A DNA stretch of 64,000 bases from a bacterium (lineage in GTDB: Bacteria > Patescibacteriota > Minisyncoccia > Phycocordibacterales > Phycocordibacteraceae): positions 448,001 through 512,000 of the forward strand of contig JBBCGK010000001.1 of assembly GCA_037200965.1 (NCBI GenBank), given 5' to 3'. How positions within the stretch are numbered: the stretch's first letter is position 1; the number at the start of each line of letters is the position of its first letter. Below are positions 61,862-64,000 of the stretch, one piece after another. The position numbers and the translations under genes are program-made. A model generated the notes under the pieces. The model was not told the origin of the DNA, made no database searches, and saw only the letters and a list, made by a program, of their open reading frames with translations.

Positions 61862-63124
61862 CTACGGGAACGATTCTGGAATCGGGCGCAAAAGCGCGAG
61901 CGCCCGGATTTCTCCCCGCACGCGGGCGACGGTCGCCTCGTCGCGCTTGGCAAGGACCTCAAGCATGAGTTCCGCGACGCGTTTCGAGTCTGTTGCATCA
62001 AACCCACGCGTCGTGATTGCGGGCGTGCCGAAGCGGATGCCGGACGGGTCCATGGGCTTCCTGGAGTCGTCGGCGATCATATTCTTATTAAGCGTCATGC
62101 CCGCAGCATCGAGAAGTTTCTCCGCTTCCCCTCCCGAGAGGCCGAGGGAACCGGACACATCCGCCAGAAGGAGATGGTTATCAGTACCGCCCGCGATGAG
62201 GCGCATACCGCCCGACGTGAAAACCTCCGCCATCGCTTTCGCGTTGTCGACCACCTGCTTCGCGTAGGTCTTGAACGAGGGCCGGAGCGCCTCGCCAAAC
62301 GCGACCGCTTTCGCCGCGATCTGATGCATGTGCGGGCCGCCTTGAAGGCCCGGGAACACGGCCTTGTCGATTTTTTTGGCGAGCACCTCGTCTTCGCGCG
62401 TGAGGATGAGCCCGCCGCGCGGTCCCCGCAGCGTCTTGTGCGTCGTGGTCGTCATGAGGTCGAAACCGTAATCAAAGGGATTTTTTGCCGCGCCTCCGGC
62501 GATAAGCCCCGCGATATGCGACACGTCGGCGACCGCGACGGCGCCGACCTCCTTCGCCGCATCCGCGATCTTTTGCCAGTCGAGCTCGCGCGGGTACGCG
62601 GAGAACCCGGCAAGAATCACTTTCGGACGTTCCTTCTTCGCGGTCTCAAGAAGCGCGCCGTAGTCTATCTCGCCGGTGTCGGCGTTTTTCATGCCGTACC
62701 GTACGAAATTGAATATCTTCGAGATATAGGTCACGGGGCTCCCGTGCGTGAGATGTCCGCCGTGCGAGAGATCCATCCCGAGTATCGTGTCGCCCGGCTC
62801 CATAAGCGCCATGTACGCGGCGATGTTCGCGTTCGCCCCCCCGAGCGGCTGCACGTTCGCGAAGCCCGCGCCAAAGAGCTTCTTCGCCCGATCGATCGCG
62901 AGAAGCTCGATTTTATCCGTGAACTCCTGGCCGCCGTAGTAGCGCCTGCCGGGGTACCCTTCCGAGTATTTGTTGGTAAGTGCGCTTGCCATCGCCTCGC
63001 GGACGGCGCGGGAGACGTAATTCTCCGAAGGGATGAGCTCGAGGCTCTCTGTCTGCCGTTCTTCCTCAGCCAGAAGAATTGCCGCGACTGCGGTATCTTC
63101 CTTCTCGATGGTATGAAAATGCAT
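61862..63124 (-). CDS. glyA: serine hydroxymethyltransferase
   Basis: ...SENYVSRAVREAMASALTNKYSEGYPGRRYYGG...THKTLRGPRGG... PLP-lysine region. Confidence 0.9.
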   Translation of the reverse strand: MHFHTIEKEDTAVAAILLAEEERQTESLELIPSENYVSRAVREAMASALTNKYSEGYPGRRYYGGQEFTDKIELLAIDRAKKLFGAGFANVQPLGGANANIAAYMALMEPGDTILGMDLSHGGHLTHGSPVTYISKIFNFVRYGMKNADTGEIDYGALLETAKKERPKVILAGFSAYPRELDWQKIADAAKEVGAVAVADVSHIAGLIAGGAAKNPFDYGFDLMTTTTHKTLRGPRGGLILTREDEVLAKKIDKAVFPGLQGGPHMHQIAAKAVAFGEALRPSFKTYAKQVVDNAKAMAEVFTSGGMRLIAGGTDNHLLLADVSGSLGLSGGEAEKLLDAAGMTLNKNMIADDSRKPMDPSGIRFGTPAITTRGFDATDSKRVAELMLEVLAKRDEATVARVRGEIRALALLRPIPESFP

Positions 63125-63199
63125 CCTGCCATCTTGGCACAAAAGACCACGATATCAAGAAATGGAAACATTTCTTCCTTTGCTATACTTCGTACGCAT

Positions 63200-64000
63200 A
63201 TGAGCGCTATCACCCTCACGCGCATCCACTCTCCGAAGTCCACCGCGGACATGCTCCGGCAGATCGTTTTCCGCGGGGTGTATGATAGGCGCGGAAGCTC
63301 CGTACGGCCTTATGAGGACGCGCGCTTCTCCATCACGACGGTTTACCCACAAAGCTCGCCCGGAGGGTCGCCGGAAATCAAGATCGGGAAAAGACGCGAA
63401 CCCCTTTTTACCCCGCAGCCGACCATCTACGAGAATCAGACGAAGATTCTGGAGGAGGTGGATTCGTTCCTGCTCGGGCACGACGTGCGTATGAGCGAAC
63501 TGCGCGGCGCCGTCGAGTATTCGTGGGAAGGCCGGGGGGACTTCCATATCCTTCCGCCCGTCATCGAAAAGCACACCTTTCACCTCCGGGACGGATACCT
63601 TGATCTGGGGAAGTTATTGAAACGCTTCAAGGGCCTCCACGTTAAAGACGCCCGCGGAAAACTCCACCGCCTCTCGGACCGCTATCTGCGCTCGTTTTAT
63701 ATAGACGAGGTGAGCAAGATCGAACACCTCGACGTATTCAACTCGAACGTTCCGATCATCAACTACGGACTCGGGCATAACGGCGCTTTCAGCTTCTATA
63801 TCGTCTGCGACGGCGCGCACCGGCTTGACCTTATCCTCGAAAAAATAAAGAAGCCCATGAACGTGCTCCTGGTCGAGCACCTGGAAAAGGACGCGCATCT
63901 CTACCCCTATTACGCCTTTCCCGTCCCGTTCCGGCCGTCGCTCCGGCTCTCAAGCAAGCTCTCCGAAAAGATGTACCACCGCCTGGAGCGCGACAAGATT
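63200..64000 (+). CDS. hypothetical protein, N-terminal 267 codons (continues beyond window end)
   Basis: Own translation from ATG at 63200: MSAITLTRIHSPKSTADMLRQIVFRGVYDRRGSSVRPYEDARFSITTVYPQSSPGGSPEIKIGKRREPLF... No stop through 64000. High-GC third positions. Not in the ORF track because it has no in-window stop. Confidence 0.5.
   Translation, partial: MSAITLTRIHSPKSTADMLRQIVFRGVYDRRGSSVRPYEDARFSITTVYPQSSPGGSPEIKIGKRREPLFTPQPTIYENQTKILEEVDSFLLGHDVRMSELRGAVEYSWEGRGDFHILPPVIEKHTFHLRDGYLDLGKLLKRFKGLHVKDARGKLHRLSDRYLRSFYIDEVSKIEHLDVFNSNVPIINYGLGHNGAFSFYIVCDGAHRLDLILEKIKKPMNVLLVEHLEKDAHLYPYYAFPVPFRPSLRLSSKLSEKMYHRLERDKI

Overview
GC-rich bacterial window with hallmarks of a reduced, CPR-like lineage. 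A 23S-5S rRNA unit lies on the minus strand with no 16S nearby. The 23S gene carries two group I introns, each encoding a LAGLIDADG homing endonuclease, plus a third ORF-bearing helix insertion. Housekeeping genes supported by sequence include rplJ-rplL with a structured leader, ftsK, recA, efp, rpsF-ssb-rpsR, tatD, metG, glyQS, recO, ileS (with an inserted histidine-phosphatase-like domain), argS and glyA. There are also an ECF sigma/anti-sigma pair, an orphan OmpR-type regulator with a kinase remnant, and large Ser/Thr-rich surface proteins. The main finding is an orphan cas1-cas2 adaptation module (43737..45085, minus strand). Thirty-three bp beyond the cas2 stop begins a series of six perfectly identical 36-bp direct repeats (GTTGCACAACCTCCTTTTTACGAACGATCCTGCAGG) spanning 24550..43704. 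The segments between repeats are not ~35-bp spacers but five gene-bearing stretches of 1.4, 1.5, 2.2, 2.9 and 10.9 kb. These segments look foreign and mosaic: a MazG-like plus short PurA-like pair, a phage tail-fibre-like gene, a HerA/FtsK-like ATPase, an ATP-grasp enzyme, secreted nucleases, LysR/XRE/GNAT genes in a very GC-rich block, a PRTase, and AT-richer unknowns. Several repeat junctions cut genes mid-ORF (an SpvB/FG-GAP toxin N-terminus, a patatin lacking its catalytic Asp region, an in-frame read-through fragment, a tail-fibre partial duplicate). I interpret this as a CRISPR-like array with kilobase 'mega-spacers', a gene-fragment capture array next to Cas1-Cas2, and have not seen it described. 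Misassembly across repeats and a Cas-independent recombination-site repeat are stated as alternatives.
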